From Pyrinomonadaceae bacterium (GTDB taxonomy: Bacteria > Acidobacteriota > Blastocatellia > Pyrinomonadales > Pyrinomonadaceae), in contig DASZKF010000293.1 in NCBI GenBank assembly GCA_035947355.1, positions 2,697-66,696 of the forward strand: a DNA stretch of 64,000 nucleotides. Direction: 5' to 3'. Shown here piece after piece: positions 44,090 through 53,719 of this stretch. Made by a program: the position numbers and the translations under genes. Every line of letters starts with the position of its first letter. The stretch's first letter is position 1. The notes beneath the pieces are model-generated. The model searched no databases, was not told where the DNA came from, and was given only the letters and a program-made list of their open reading frames with translations.

Positions 44090-45112
44090 ATGCTCAGTCC
44101 GGCCTACAAACTGACCGTCGGGCGCAAGGTCGTTGACACCACGGACGAGCCGCGCGCGAGCACCGTCGTCGAGCTGTCGGTGCGCCTCGACCTCGACACG
44201 CCTCTGGACGACTGCAAGCTCGTCCTCGGCAACGTCGGCGGCGTCAGGCCGGCCGTCGGCGACGAGGCGAAGGTCGAGCTGGGCTACGCGGACGACGACG
44301 GCGGGCTGACGCAGGTCATGGAGGGGACGGTCGTCTCGTCCGAGCCCGGCCTGACGACCACGCGCGTCCTCGTGGACGGCGGGGCGGCGGCGCTTTTGCG
44401 CACCTTCGTCGAGCAGACCTACGAGGGCAAGACCGCGGGCGCCATCGTCCGCGACCTGGCCGGCAAGGCGGGCGTGCGCGTGGCGGCCGCCGGCGACGGC
44501 ATCAAGTTCCCGGCCTACGTCGTCGACGGCCGGCGCAGCGTCTACCGGCACATGCGCGACCTGGCCGACCTCAGCGGCTTCGACCTCTACGTCAACGCCG
44601 ACGGCGAACTCGCGTTCGAAGAGTTCGTCGGCGGGAAGGCCGTGCACGTCTTCGAGTTCGCCAAGCACGTCGTGGCCCTCGAAGTGACGCGGGCCGAGCC
44701 GCTGGCCGGGCGGGTCGAGGCGTGGGGCGAGAGCCCGACGGGGAGCGAGGGCGACGACGCGTGGGCGTGGCTGACCAAGGACTTCACGCGCTCGCGCGGG
44801 AAGGCCGGCGACGGCCCACTCCTGCTGCTGGAGCGGCCGGCGCTGCGCACGACCGAGGCGGCGCGCACGGCCGCGCAGGCGGCGCTGACGGCCATCCGGC
44901 GGCGGACGCTGCGCGGGCGCGTGCTGACCATCGGGCGGCCGCAGGTCAAGCTCGGCGACGCCATCCGCCTGCGCGGGATGGCCGACGAGTCGCTGAACAC
45001 GAACTTCCAGGTGCGGAGCGTCGAGCACCGCATCACCAAGCGCGGGGGCTTCACGACGGCCGTCGGCTTCCGCGCCATCGAGGCCCCGGCCGCGGCCGGG
45101 CTCGGCGCGTAA
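44090..45112 (+). CDS. baseplate hub protein, phage late control gpD / gp27-like
   Basis: 'AYKLTVGRKVVD...', 'DEAKVELGYADDDGGLTQVMEGTV', and C-terminal 'NFQVRSVEHRITKRGGFTTAV' are typical of the gpD family. Located directly upstream of gpV. Confidence 0.8.
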   Translation: MLSPAYKLTVGRKVVDTTDEPRASTVVELSVRLDLDTPLDDCKLVLGNVGGVRPAVGDEAKVELGYADDDGGLTQVMEGTVVSSEPGLTTTRVLVDGGAAALLRTFVEQTYEGKTAGAIVRDLAGKAGVRVAAAGDGIKFPAYVVDGRRSVYRHMRDLADLSGFDLYVNADGELAFEEFVGGKAVHVFEFAKHVVALEVTRAEPLAGRVEAWGESPTGSEGDDAWAWLTKDFTRSRGKAGDGPLLLLERPALRTTEAARTAAQAALTAIRRRTLRGRVLTIGRPQVKLGDAIRLRGMADESLNTNFQVRSVEHRITKRGGFTTAVGFRAIEAPAAAGLGA

Positions 45113-45137
45113 ACGGCCGCGGGGGCGAAGGGCGAAC

Positions 45138-45938
45138 GTGAGCATCGTCAACACCATTCAGCAGATCGTGCGGCAGGAGCTGGGCCGCGTCCGCGTCGCG
45201 GAGCTGGGGCTGGTCGAGGAGGTCTACCCGCACAAGGCCGACGGCGACTCGGACAACTACGCCTGCGACGTGCGCCTGAAGAACAGCGGCCTGCTGCTCA
45301 AGCGCGTGCCCGTCGCGACCGGACACATCGGCACGGTCGCCATCCCGAACAAGGGCGACCTGGTGCTGCTCGCCTTCGACAAGGGGGACGTCAACCAGCC
45401 GATCGTCATCGGGCGCCTCTACAACGAGAAGGACCGCCCGCCGCTCAACGAGCCCGACGAGGTCATCTTCCGCCTGCCGCTCGCCGAGGCCGACGAGAAG
45501 ACGATCAAGGCCGCCATCCGCAACCACCAGTCCGACTCGCCGCCGCGCGAACTCGTCTTCGAGATGCCGCCCAAGATCACCGTGCGCGTCACCGACGGCA
45601 CCGTGCGCGCGACGGCCGGGAGGACCGAGATGAAGCTCGACCAGCCGGACGGGAGCGGCGGGACGGTCACCATCCTGGCCGGGCGGACGAAGATCACGAT
45701 GAACCAGGACGGCGACCTGACGGTCGAGGCGGCCGGCGCGATGACGCTCAAGGCGACACGCGACCTGACGCTCGAAGGCTTGAACGTCACCGTCAAGGGG
45801 CAGATGAAAACCTCGATCGAGGCCGGGACGGAGGCGGCCCTTAAGGGCAACGTCGGCGCGACCGTCCAAGGCGGCGTCTCCTCGACCGTGCAGGGGGCGA
45901 CCCTCAGCCTCAAGGGGCTCACCTCGTTCTCGCCTTGA
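45138..45938 (+). CDS. baseplate spike, gpV/gp5 OB-fold family
   Basis: GTG start. 'GLVEEVYPH...YACDVRLKNSGLLLKRVPVATGHIG..AIPNKGDLVLLAFDKGDVNQPIVIGRLYN' is the gpV OB fold. C-terminal beta-helix-like repeats follow. Confidence 0.85.
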   Translation: MSIVNTIQQIVRQELGRVRVAELGLVEEVYPHKADGDSDNYACDVRLKNSGLLLKRVPVATGHIGTVAIPNKGDLVLLAFDKGDVNQPIVIGRLYNEKDRPPLNEPDEVIFRLPLAEADEKTIKAAIRNHQSDSPPRELVFEMPPKITVRVTDGTVRATAGRTEMKLDQPDGSGGTVTILAGRTKITMNQDGDLTVEAAGAMTLKATRDLTLEGLNVTVKGQMKTSIEAGTEAALKGNVGATVQGGVSSTVQGATLSLKGLTSFSP

Positions 45939-45951
45939 AAGGAGTTGAGCG

Positions 45952-46284
45952 ATGCCCGGCCCGCCAGTTTCAATCGGCTGCCTAGTGACGGTCTCGCCAG
46001 GGGCCGCGGGGCCGCCCGACACGGGGACGATAATCGCCGTCTTCCCGCCGCTCATCACGGCCGGCGGGATGCCTCTGGCGACCGCGGGGTCGCTGTGCAT
46101 GATGGTCAACTCGCTGTCGGGCATCCCCTACCCGCTCGTCATCGGCCCGCTGGCGAGCACGGGCGTCAACGTCGGCGGGCGCGGGCTCGTGCGGATGGGC
46201 GACAACATCCCTTCGCCGCCGGGGATTCTGACGATCCTCGGCCCGCCCGCCGCGACGTTCGTCATCGACCAGTGGGCGCCGTAA
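45952..46284 (+). CDS. PAAR-like / DUF4280-like spike-tip protein
   Basis: RBS AAAGGAG. 110 aa and Gly/Pro-rich, directly after the spike gene. 'GGMPLATAGS...GVNVGGRGLVRMGDNI' resembles PAAR-like repeats, but no literal PAAR motif was seen. Confidence 0.5.
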   Translation: MPGPPVSIGCLVTVSPGAAGPPDTGTIIAVFPPLITAGGMPLATAGSLCMMVNSLSGIPYPLVIGPLASTGVNVGGRGLVRMGDNIPSPPGILTILGPPAATFVIDQWAP

Positions 46285-46309
46285 GCGGCCCCGCCGAGGA
46301 GGGACCGGG

Positions 46310-46783
46310 ATGCCAGTCTCACACGCGAGGTTCGGCACTGACCTGCGGCTGCTGCGCGAACTCGACCGCCAGAAGAGCAGCCGCGACCCCGGCCACGACC
46401 TCTCCGTCGCGCGCCGCCCCGAGACGGGGCAGCTCGACCTGGAGACGTTGGCCGGCGCCGACAACCTCGCCCAGGCCCTGCTGCTGCGCTTCCTGACGCC
46501 CGCGGGCGCGCTGGCGCCGCTCGGCCACCCCGACTACGGCTCGCGGCTCGCCGAGCTGATCGGCGAGCTGAACAACGAGACGAACCGCAACCGCGCCAAG
46601 CTGTACGTCCTTCAGGCGCTCGCGCTGGAGCCGCGCGTCAGGCAGGTGCTCTCGGTGAGCGTGACCCAGGACCGCAGGAGGCCGACCGTGATGGACATCG
46701 CCGTCTCGCTGCTGGCCGTCGACAGCGACACGCCGCTCAACCTGGTCTTCCCCTTTTTCCTTGAGGGAGGCGTGACCCCGTGA
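46310..46783 (+). CDS. GPW/gp25-family baseplate wedge protein
   Basis: 'GADNLAQALLLRFLTPAGALAPLGHPDYGSRLAELIG...NRNRAKLYVLQALALEPRV' is the gp25/gpW signature. Confidence 0.85.
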   Translation: MPVSHARFGTDLRLLRELDRQKSSRDPGHDLSVARRPETGQLDLETLAGADNLAQALLLRFLTPAGALAPLGHPDYGSRLAELIGELNNETNRNRAKLYVLQALALEPRVRQVLSVSVTQDRRRPTVMDIAVSLLAVDSDTPLNLVFPFFLEGGVTP

Positions 46784-48420
46784 ACGCTGACACCGTGAAT
46801 CTCATCGAGCGCCCGTACCGCGAGGTCGTGGACGACATCCTGACGGCCATCGTCGGCGGCGTCGTCAACGAGCCGATCATCTTCGACGTGAAGGAGGACC
46901 GCTACCCGCTGGCCGAGCCGGCGGGCGACGTGCGCGGCATCACCGGCGTGCTCTCCGTGAGGGACGCCGCGGGCGAGCTGCGGCCGACGCACCACACCTT
47001 CCGGAAGTCGGTCGACTTCGAGTTCAGCGAGGGCGAGAACGCCGTCGTCTGGCTGGAGGGCGGGACGCCGCCCGACGACGAGACCGTCTTCTACGTGGAC
47101 TACTTCCGCCGCGACAGCCGCTCGCCGCTCACCGACATCAACGTCGGGAGCGTCACGCGCACGCTCTCCGAGGCCGTCGGCCGCGAGATCGCCACCGTCT
47201 ACCAGCAGATCAACGAGGCGTACCTCGCGGGCTTCATCGACACGGCCAAGGGGCAGTCGCTCGACCTGGTCGTCTCCATCCTCGGCGTCAAGCGCAAGAC
47301 CAAGGAGTTCGCGCTCGGGCTCGTCACCTTCTTCCGCGACCCGGCGGCCGGCGACGGCAACATCACCATCCCCGAGGGCGTGCTGCTGACGACGGAGAAG
47401 GCCGAGGCGAGCTTCGTCACGGCCGAGCTGCGCACGCTCCAGCGCGGGCAGGTGCGCATCGACGTGCCGGTGCGCGCCACGGCCGCGTCGCGGGGCGAGG
47501 CCGGCGTCGTCAAGGCCGGCGCCATCACCACGCTGGCGCAGCCCATCACGGGCATCGCCCGCGTCACCAACTTCGAGGCCACCGTGCTCGGCGCCGAGGG
47601 CGAGACCGACGAGCAGCTGCGCGCCCGCGCCCGCGCCCGCCTGCGGGGGCTCGGCTACGCGACCGTCGCCGCGCTCATCAACGCCGTCGCCGAGGGGCGC
47701 GGCACGCTCGCCGAGGTCTTCGACCCCAACAGCGCGCCGGTCAAGCGCACCCGGCCCGGCACCGTCGCCCTGCTCATCGAGGCCGAGCCCGAGCGGTTCC
47801 TCAGCCTGCGCGCCGCCGTCGAGCAGACGCGCGCCGCCGGGGTGCTCACGACGCTCGTCGCCCGCTACGTCTTCTTCAAGCCGCGCCTCGTCGTGCGCGT
47901 CGCCGCGGGCGCGATCCAGACGCCCGCGGGCAAGGAGAAGCTGGTCGCCCAGCTCATCGAGGCGATGCAGAAGTACGTCGACAAGCTCAGCACGGGCGAG
48001 TCGGCCTCGGGCAAGGAGTTGCTCAAGGCCGTCACAGAGGTCAAGGAGGTCAAGGAGGCTTTAGCCGTAGACGTGATGGCGTGGAGGTCGGACATCGGGC
48101 TGCCCGGCCCCGAGTCGCTGGTCAAGCTGCTGGTCGAGGCCGTCAACACGGCGCGGCGCAACGAGGCGGAGGGCGGCGAGCAGGCGGCGCGCGACGCGGC
48201 CCTCTCCGTCGCCCTCGCCAACGTCCTCGAAGGCGTCATGCTCGCGCCGACGGGTCAGCGCGTCCCCGACCGCGGCCTGGTCAAAGGGCCGACGGGGCAG
48301 CGCGCCACCGACGCCGAGCTCGAGGCCGGCGACTTCGAGGTCTCGGCGGTGGCCGACGGCCAGAAGTGGTGGGTCGTGCTCGACGTGGAGCCGGCCGACA
48401 TCGTGCTGGCGGAGGGTTGA
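46780..48420 (+). CDS. baseplate J / gp6-like wedge protein
   Basis: GTGA overlap with gp25. 'TRTLSEAVGREIATVYQQINEAYLAGFIDTAKGQSLDLVVSILGVKRK' is the Baseplate_J core motif. Confidence 0.85.
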   Translation: MNADTVNLIERPYREVVDDILTAIVGGVVNEPIIFDVKEDRYPLAEPAGDVRGITGVLSVRDAAGELRPTHHTFRKSVDFEFSEGENAVVWLEGGTPPDDETVFYVDYFRRDSRSPLTDINVGSVTRTLSEAVGREIATVYQQINEAYLAGFIDTAKGQSLDLVVSILGVKRKTKEFALGLVTFFRDPAAGDGNITIPEGVLLTTEKAEASFVTAELRTLQRGQVRIDVPVRATAASRGEAGVVKAGAITTLAQPITGIARVTNFEATVLGAEGETDEQLRARARARLRGLGYATVAALINAVAEGRGTLAEVFDPNSAPVKRTRPGTVALLIEAEPERFLSLRAAVEQTRAAGVLTTLVARYVFFKPRLVVRVAAGAIQTPAGKEKLVAQLIEAMQKYVDKLSTGESASGKELLKAVTEVKEVKEALAVDVMAWRSDIGLPGPESLVKLLVEAVNTARRNEAEGGEQAARDAALSVALANVLEGVMLAPTGQRVPDRGLVKGPTGQRATDAELEAGDFEVSAVADGQKWWVVLDVEPADIVLAEG

Positions 48421-48421
48421 G

Positions 48422-51400
48422 ATGCCGCTCAAGACCGACCGCATCCTGAATTACCTGCCGGGCACGTTCCGCGCGCTGCCGAAGCCGACGGCGCTGCACT
48501 CGGTGGCCGACGCCTTCGGCCACGAGCTGCTGCTGGCCGAGAACAGCCTGGCCGCGGTCATGCTGTCCCACTGGGTCGACCACGCCGACCGCGGGGCGGA
48601 GTTCATTGACGACCTCGCGCGCATCGCCGCGCTCTACGGGCTGTCGCCCAGGCCCGAGGAGGATGTCGAGGAGTTCCGCGAACACCTCAAGCGCTACGTG
48701 CGCACCCTGCTCGAAGGGACGATGACGGTGCAGGGCATCCTCCGCATCACCGCCGAAGCGCTCGGCCTGCACATCGCCGACGACTACGCCGCACTCGACG
48801 CGTGGTGGACGCGCGCGGACGACGCGCTGACGCGGGTCGAGCCGCGCGGCGACGACGCGGCCGCCCTGCTCTTCGGCGCGCCCGCCGCCGAGGCCGGCGG
48901 GGAGGCCGCGCGCCCGGCCGCGTTCACGGGGCTCGTCGACCTGCGCGGCGGGGTTGACCTGCGCCCCACGCCGAACCTGAGCGTCGCGGTGGACGGCGCG
49001 CCGGCCGTCAACGTTGACTTCGCCGCGCGGCTCGGCGACCTCTCGTCGGCGAAGCTGCCCGACATCGTGAAGGCCATCAACGACGCGCTCGGCGCGCGCG
49101 TCGCCAGCGCGGGGGGCGGACGCCTGCGCCTCGCCTCGACGACGCTCGGCCCGGCCAGCCGCCTGGAGGTCGGCGAGGCCGAGGGCGACGCGGCCCCGCG
49201 CCTGCTCGGCCTCCTCCCGAAAGCCTACCGCGGCGCGGACGCGACCCCGGCGTCCGTCACCGGCCTCGCCGATTTGAGCGGCGGCGCAGACCTGACCGAG
49301 GCCCGCTACCTGCGGCTGCTCGTTGACGGGAAACTCCTCGCCGAGGTTGATTGCGCCGCCGGCAGCCCCGGCGTCAAGACGCTCGCGCAGGTCGCCGCGG
49401 CCATCAACGCGCAGTTCCCCGCGGCCATCGCCTCGCACGACGGCCGCTTCCTGCGGCTCACCTCGCCGACCACCGGCCAGGCCAGCTCCATCGTCTTCGA
49501 GCGCCCGGCCGCGCAGGACGCGAAGGAGAAGTTGTTCGGCCCCGTCGAGAACTTTCACCTCGGCCGCGACGCGCGCCCGGCCGAGGTCGTCGGCGCCAAC
49601 GACCTCGGCTTCGGCGTCGACCTGAGCGGCCGCTCGCTGGTGCGCGTGCAGGTCGACAACCAGCCGGCCTACACGGTCGACTGCGCGGGCGAGGACCCGG
49701 CGCGCACGCGCCCGGCCGAGATCGCGGCCGCGCTCAACAACCGGCTCGGCGCGGGCGTCGCCTCTCACGACGCGCGCTTCGTCCGCCTGACCTCGCCGAC
49801 GAGGGGCGCGGCCGGCTCGATCAGGTTCGAGCCTTTGCCGCCGGGCGAGGACGCCACGGAACTCATCTTCGGCGTCCGCCCCAGGAGTTTTCAGGGCGCG
49901 CCGCCCCGCCGCGCGCGGCTCGTCGGCCGCGCCGTCACGGCCTCCGGCCCCGCGGGGCCGCGCGTCAACCTGAGCGCCGTCCACTTGCTCCGCGTCTCGA
50001 TTGACGGCGGGCCGCCGGTCGAGATTGACCTGCGCGAGGGCGTCGAGGACGTGCGCGGCGCGACGCTCGACGAGTTGAGGGATGCGATCAACCGCGCCCT
50101 CGGGGCGGAGGTCGCCTCGCACGACGACGAGCGCCTGACGCTGGCCTCGCCGACGGTGGGCGGGGCCAGCCGCGTCAGCGTCGAGCCGTTGACCGTGACG
50201 CGCCGCCGTCGCTTCGTCACCCGCGCCTTCATCATGGACGAGGCGGCGCTGCCCGTCTTCGGCTTCTTCGAGCGGAGGGCGCGGGGCGAGGGCGCGACGC
50301 GCGCGCGGCTCGTCGGGACGGCCGACCTGAGCCGCGGCGTAGACCTCGGCCAGGCGCGCTTCATCCGGCTCGCCGTTGACGGGGCGGAGGGCGTGGATGT
50401 GGACTGCGCCGGCACGCGGCCGCGCGCGACCCTCATCGGCGAGGTCGTCCGCGCCGTCAACGACAAGTTCGGCTTCGAACTCGCGGCCGCCACGCCCGAC
50501 AATAAGTTCGTCGTCCTCACTTCGCCGACCGCGGGCGCGGGCAGCCGCCTCGCCTTCGAGCCGCCCCGCGCCGCCGACGCCTCGGACGCGCTGCTCGGGC
50601 GCGGCCCGGGCGTCTTCCGCGGCCGCGACGCGGCGGGCATCAAGTTCGTCGGGACGGTTGACCTGAGCGGCGGCGTTGACCTCAGCGCGGCCGACAAGGT
50701 CGTCGTCGCCGTTGACGGCCAGACCCGCGAAGTCTCCTGCGCCGGCGCCGACCCGGCGCAGACATCGCTCAACGAGATCGTGATGGCGATTAACGTCGCC
50801 TTCAACGCCGTGGTCGCCTCGCGCGAGGGGGCACGCGTCGCGCTGACTTCGCCCACGGCCGGCGCGGGCAGCCGCGTCGAGTTCCCGGCGCAGGCCGAGC
50901 CGAACGCCGTGGCCGCCATCTTCGGCGTCCGGCCGCCGCGCGCCTACCGCGGCGCGAACGCCCTCCCGGCGCGGGTCGCCGGGCTGAAGAGCCTGCAAGA
51001 CGGCGCCGACCTACGCGTCGCGCGCTTCCTGCGGCTCGCCGTCAACGGCGCGACGCCGCTCGACATAGACTGCGCGTCGCGCGTCGGCGCGGGCGGGGAC
51101 AGGTCGCAGGTCGGGCTCGACGACATCGTGGGCGCCGTCAACGACGCGCTCTCCGGCGCGGGCGCCCCGGCCGCCGCCTCGCACGACGGGGCGCGGCTCA
51201 GCATCACGACGAACGCCGCGGGCGGGGACGAGCGAATCGAACTGCTCTCGCACACGGCGGGCGACGCGCGCGAGAAGCTGTTCGGCCGCGCCGAGGCGAC
51301 GCAGGGGAGCGACCCCGCGCCGGCCTCGGTCAAGGGCGAGTCCGACCTGCTCACGCCCGTCAACCTGTCGGAGCGGCGCACGCTGCGCATCGCCGTCGAC

Positions 51401-53695
51401 GGCGGCCGGCCGACCGACGTTGAGGTTGTCGGCGCGGCCCCGGCCACGACCTTCCTCGACGAGATCGTCGCCGGCATCAACGCGGTCTTCCCCGGCCTCG
51501 CGTCGGCGACCGGCGACGACCGTTTGCTTCTGACTTCGCCGACGCGTGGCGAGGGGAGTAGCGTCGAGGTGCTGCCGCTGCGCGTGCTTGAGGTGATCGA
51601 GTACCCGCCGGAGGAGGCGGCCGACCCGACCGCCGCCATGCCGCCGCGCGCCGTGAGGCACGGCGACCGCTGGTTCGTCGCCAACGAAGGCGCGGCCGAC
51701 GCCGACCTGAGGGTCGAGCTGAGCGCGCCGCACGGCGCGGTCGGGCCGGGGCTGATTAACATGACGACGGGCGCGCGCCTGCGCCTGACCGGGATCGTCC
51801 ACCCCGGCGAGCGGGCCGAGTTGTGGCGCGACGAAGCGGGCGGCCTGCGCGCGGAGATCGTCGCCGCCGACGGGAGCCGGCGGCGCGTGCACCCTTCGGG
51901 CGTGCTCGCAGGCTCGGCCGGCCCGCAGGTCTCGGTGCCGTTTGAAGGCGAGTGGGAACTGAGCGAAGGTGAGGCCGGCCCGCCCGCGACCCTTGAACTG
52001 AACGACCCGACGTCACACTCGGTCGTCATCCTTCGGGCGCGTGACGCGGGCGGCGCGCCGGGCCGCGTCGGGGTGCGCGTGACCGAGGCGCAGACGTTCG
52101 GCGACGAGTCACCGCACGGCACACCCGAGGGCAGCTTCGAGAAGTTGACCGGGCGCGTGCGCGCCGTCGCGGACGGACTCCGTCTGACGGACGCCTCAGG
52201 GGCCGAGACGGCGCGGCTGCGGGCGGGCGCGGGCGTCGCGCTCGAAGACTACCGCGACCGCGTGGTCGTCGTCGCCGGGCTTCTGTACGGCGGCGAGGGC
52301 GAGCCGCCGCCGACGCTGGTCGTCGAAAAGATCGCCGCGCTCTTCGACGTGACGCTGAGGCGCGAGCCGGGCGACGCCCCGGACGAGCCTCACCGGGGCG
52401 TGACAGTCGGGCCGGGCGTGGACGCGCGCGACGAGTTGACGCGCCGCATCAACGCCGGCCCGCAGCCTTCGCGCTTCGTGCGCGCCTCCGAGGCCGCGAA
52501 GGCCGACACGCTCGCGCTGCCGCGCGGGCGCACGCAGTGGGCCTACCTCGACTGCTTCGGCACGCGCTTCAACAGCGCGCGCTTCGACGAGTCGTATTTC
52601 CCGGGCGGGGTGTGCGCCGAACGCGCCATCTTCAACGTCAGCCGCTTCACGCGCCACCCGCCGCGCCACGAGGTGACGGTCTTCGCCGCCGGCTCCCCGC
52701 TGTTTGACGCGGGCGACATCGCCGACCCGCCCAACCTGCTGTTCAAGCTGCGCGGCAGCCGGGACGCCGTCTCCAGCCACCTCCGGGAGCGATTCTCCCC
52801 CCGTTTACAACAACTGGTGAAAGATTATGACATCTCCGGCCCGCCGTCGGCGGAGCTGCTACAAACCTTGACGGGCGAGCTTAATAAACTGCTCGGCGGC
52901 CCCTCGCTGTTCAACGAGCCGCGCTTCGCGGGGGTCATCCTGAGGCCGGAGACCCGGAGCCTGATCGGCCAAAGACCGGCGGGCGAAGACCTCCTTCGCC
53001 TCAACAGGTTGCTGATCGAAGACGCTTACCCGAAGGAGATAGCGAAGAGCCTCGCCGCCGCCGCCGGCGTCATCGAACCGCCCACCCACGTCCGCTTCCG
53101 CTGGCCGCAGCACCGGCCCGGCGCTTTCGTCGTCAACCTGCCGGCCGACCTGCCCCCGCGCTTCGGCGGGCGGTTCAACGACACATACTTCTCGCGGCCG
53201 GGCGACGCGCCCGAGGAGTTCCAGGACGTGGTGACGGAGCCGGCCGCGGACCCCGACTTCATCGTCAAGCGGCTCGCGCAGTCGGCGCTCGTCACGGCCG
53301 CCCCGGTCGCGAGCGTGCCCATCGGCTTCGAGGCCGTGACCATGCCCTTCCGCCGGCCGCGCCGCCTGACCGGCGGCAACGACGCGCGGCCGGCGCGGAT
53401 GTACATCGCGGAGAAGGACGTGCCGGGCTTCATCATGGTCGAGGCGCGTTGGCCCGGCGCGCGGGGCAACGCCGTCGCGCTGGCCGCGCGCAAGTCCGGC
53501 CCGGCGCGCTTCGACGTGACGGTCAGTTTCGAGGGGGCGCGTTTCGAGAGCGCCCGCCGCGTCGTGCTCGGCGGCGAGCAGTTGCCCGCCCTCGCAGATG
53601 ACATCCTCCGCCCCAGCCCGGTCGGCCTGCTCCAGGCCAAGGCCGCCGGCGTTCACGTCAGGGTGACGCGCGACCGCGCCCTGCCCGACGACTGA
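48422..53695 (+). CDS. giant gpI-like baseplate protein (tail-protein TIGR02242-like N-domain) with eight internal tandem repeats
   Basis: N-terminus 'ILNYLPGTFRA...LSHWVDHAD...IAALYGL.P...LKRYVRTLLEGTMTVQGI' resembles the P2 gpI/TIGR02242 pattern. A repeat array follows, then a conserved-looking C-terminal body. Starts 1 nt after the baseplate J stop. Confidence 0.7.
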   Translation: MPLKTDRILNYLPGTFRALPKPTALHSVADAFGHELLLAENSLAAVMLSHWVDHADRGAEFIDDLARIAALYGLSPRPEEDVEEFREHLKRYVRTLLEGTMTVQGILRITAEALGLHIADDYAALDAWWTRADDALTRVEPRGDDAAALLFGAPAAEAGGEAARPAAFTGLVDLRGGVDLRPTPNLSVAVDGAPAVNVDFAARLGDLSSAKLPDIVKAINDALGARVASAGGGRLRLASTTLGPASRLEVGEAEGDAAPRLLGLLPKAYRGADATPASVTGLADLSGGADLTEARYLRLLVDGKLLAEVDCAAGSPGVKTLAQVAAAINAQFPAAIASHDGRFLRLTSPTTGQASSIVFERPAAQDAKEKLFGPVENFHLGRDARPAEVVGANDLGFGVDLSGRSLVRVQVDNQPAYTVDCAGEDPARTRPAEIAAALNNRLGAGVASHDARFVRLTSPTRGAAGSIRFEPLPPGEDATELIFGVRPRSFQGAPPRRARLVGRAVTASGPAGPRVNLSAVHLLRVSIDGGPPVEIDLREGVEDVRGATLDELRDAINRALGAEVASHDDERLTLASPTVGGASRVSVEPLTVTRRRRFVTRAFIMDEAALPVFGFFERRARGEGATRARLVGTADLSRGVDLGQARFIRLAVDGAEGVDVDCAGTRPRATLIGEVVRAVNDKFGFELAAATPDNKFVVLTSPTAGAGSRLAFEPPRAADASDALLGRGPGVFRGRDAAGIKFVGTVDLSGGVDLSAADKVVVAVDGQTREVSCAGADPAQTSLNEIVMAINVAFNAVVASREGARVALTSPTAGAGSRVEFPAQAEPNAVAAIFGVRPPRAYRGANALPARVAGLKSLQDGADLRVARFLRLAVNGATPLDIDCASRVGAGGDRSQVGLDDIVGAVNDALSGAGAPAAASHDGARLSITTNAAGGDERIELLSHTAGDAREKLFGRAEATQGSDPAPASVKGESDLLTPVNLSERRTLRIAVDGGRPTDVEVVGAAPATTFLDEIVAGINAVFPGLASATGDDRLLLTSPTRGEGSSVEVLPLRVLEVIEYPPEEAADPTAAMPPRAVRHGDRWFVANEGAADADLRVELSAPHGAVGPGLINMTTGARLRLTGIVHPGERAELWRDEAGGLRAEIVAADGSRRRVHPSGVLAGSAGPQVSVPFEGEWELSEGEAGPPATLELNDPTSHSVVILRARDAGGAPGRVGVRVTEAQTFGDESPHGTPEGSFEKLTGRVRAVADGLRLTDASGAETARLRAGAGVALEDYRDRVVVVAGLLYGGEGEPPPTLVVEKIAALFDVTLRREPGDAPDEPHRGVTVGPGVDARDELTRRINAGPQPSRFVRASEAAKADTLALPRGRTQWAYLDCFGTRFNSARFDESYFPGGVCAERAIFNVSRFTRHPPRHEVTVFAAGSPLFDAGDIADPPNLLFKLRGSRDAVSSHLRERFSPRLQQLVKDYDISGPPSAELLQTLTGELNKLLGGPSLFNEPRFAGVILRPETRSLIGQRPAGEDLLRLNRLLIEDAYPKEIAKSLAAAAGVIEPPTHVRFRWPQHRPGAFVVNLPADLPPRFGGRFNDTYFSRPGDAPEEFQDVVTEPAADPDFIVKRLAQSALVTAAPVASVPIGFEAVTMPFRRPRRLTGGNDARPARMYIAEKDVPGFIMVEARWPGARGNAVALAARKSGPARFDVTVSFEGARFESARRVVLGGEQLPALADDILRPSPVGLLQAKAAGVHVRVTRDRALPDD
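48915..51570 (+). repeat. eight tandem ~95-110-aa coding repeats inside the gpI-like gene
   Basis: Each unit reads 'G..DLS.G(V/A)DL....(L/V)...VDG.....(V/I)DCAG......L.(E/D)(I/V)(V/A).AIN..(F/L)...(V/I)ASHDG..L.LTSPT.G..S.(I/V).FE......A...LFG'. I counted eight '...(A/T)S(P/T)T.G..S' cores. Confidence 0.7.
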
Positions 53696-53719
53696 CCCAG
53701 GGAACCAACCGAAAGGAGA

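Noticed and set aside
45952-46284. Calling the 110-aa post-spike protein a canonical PAAR protein.
   Set aside because: No literal PAAR motifs are visible. Only its position, its size and its Gly/Pro-rich beta-like pattern support a spike-tip role, so it is reported as PAAR-like/DUF4280-like with low confidence.
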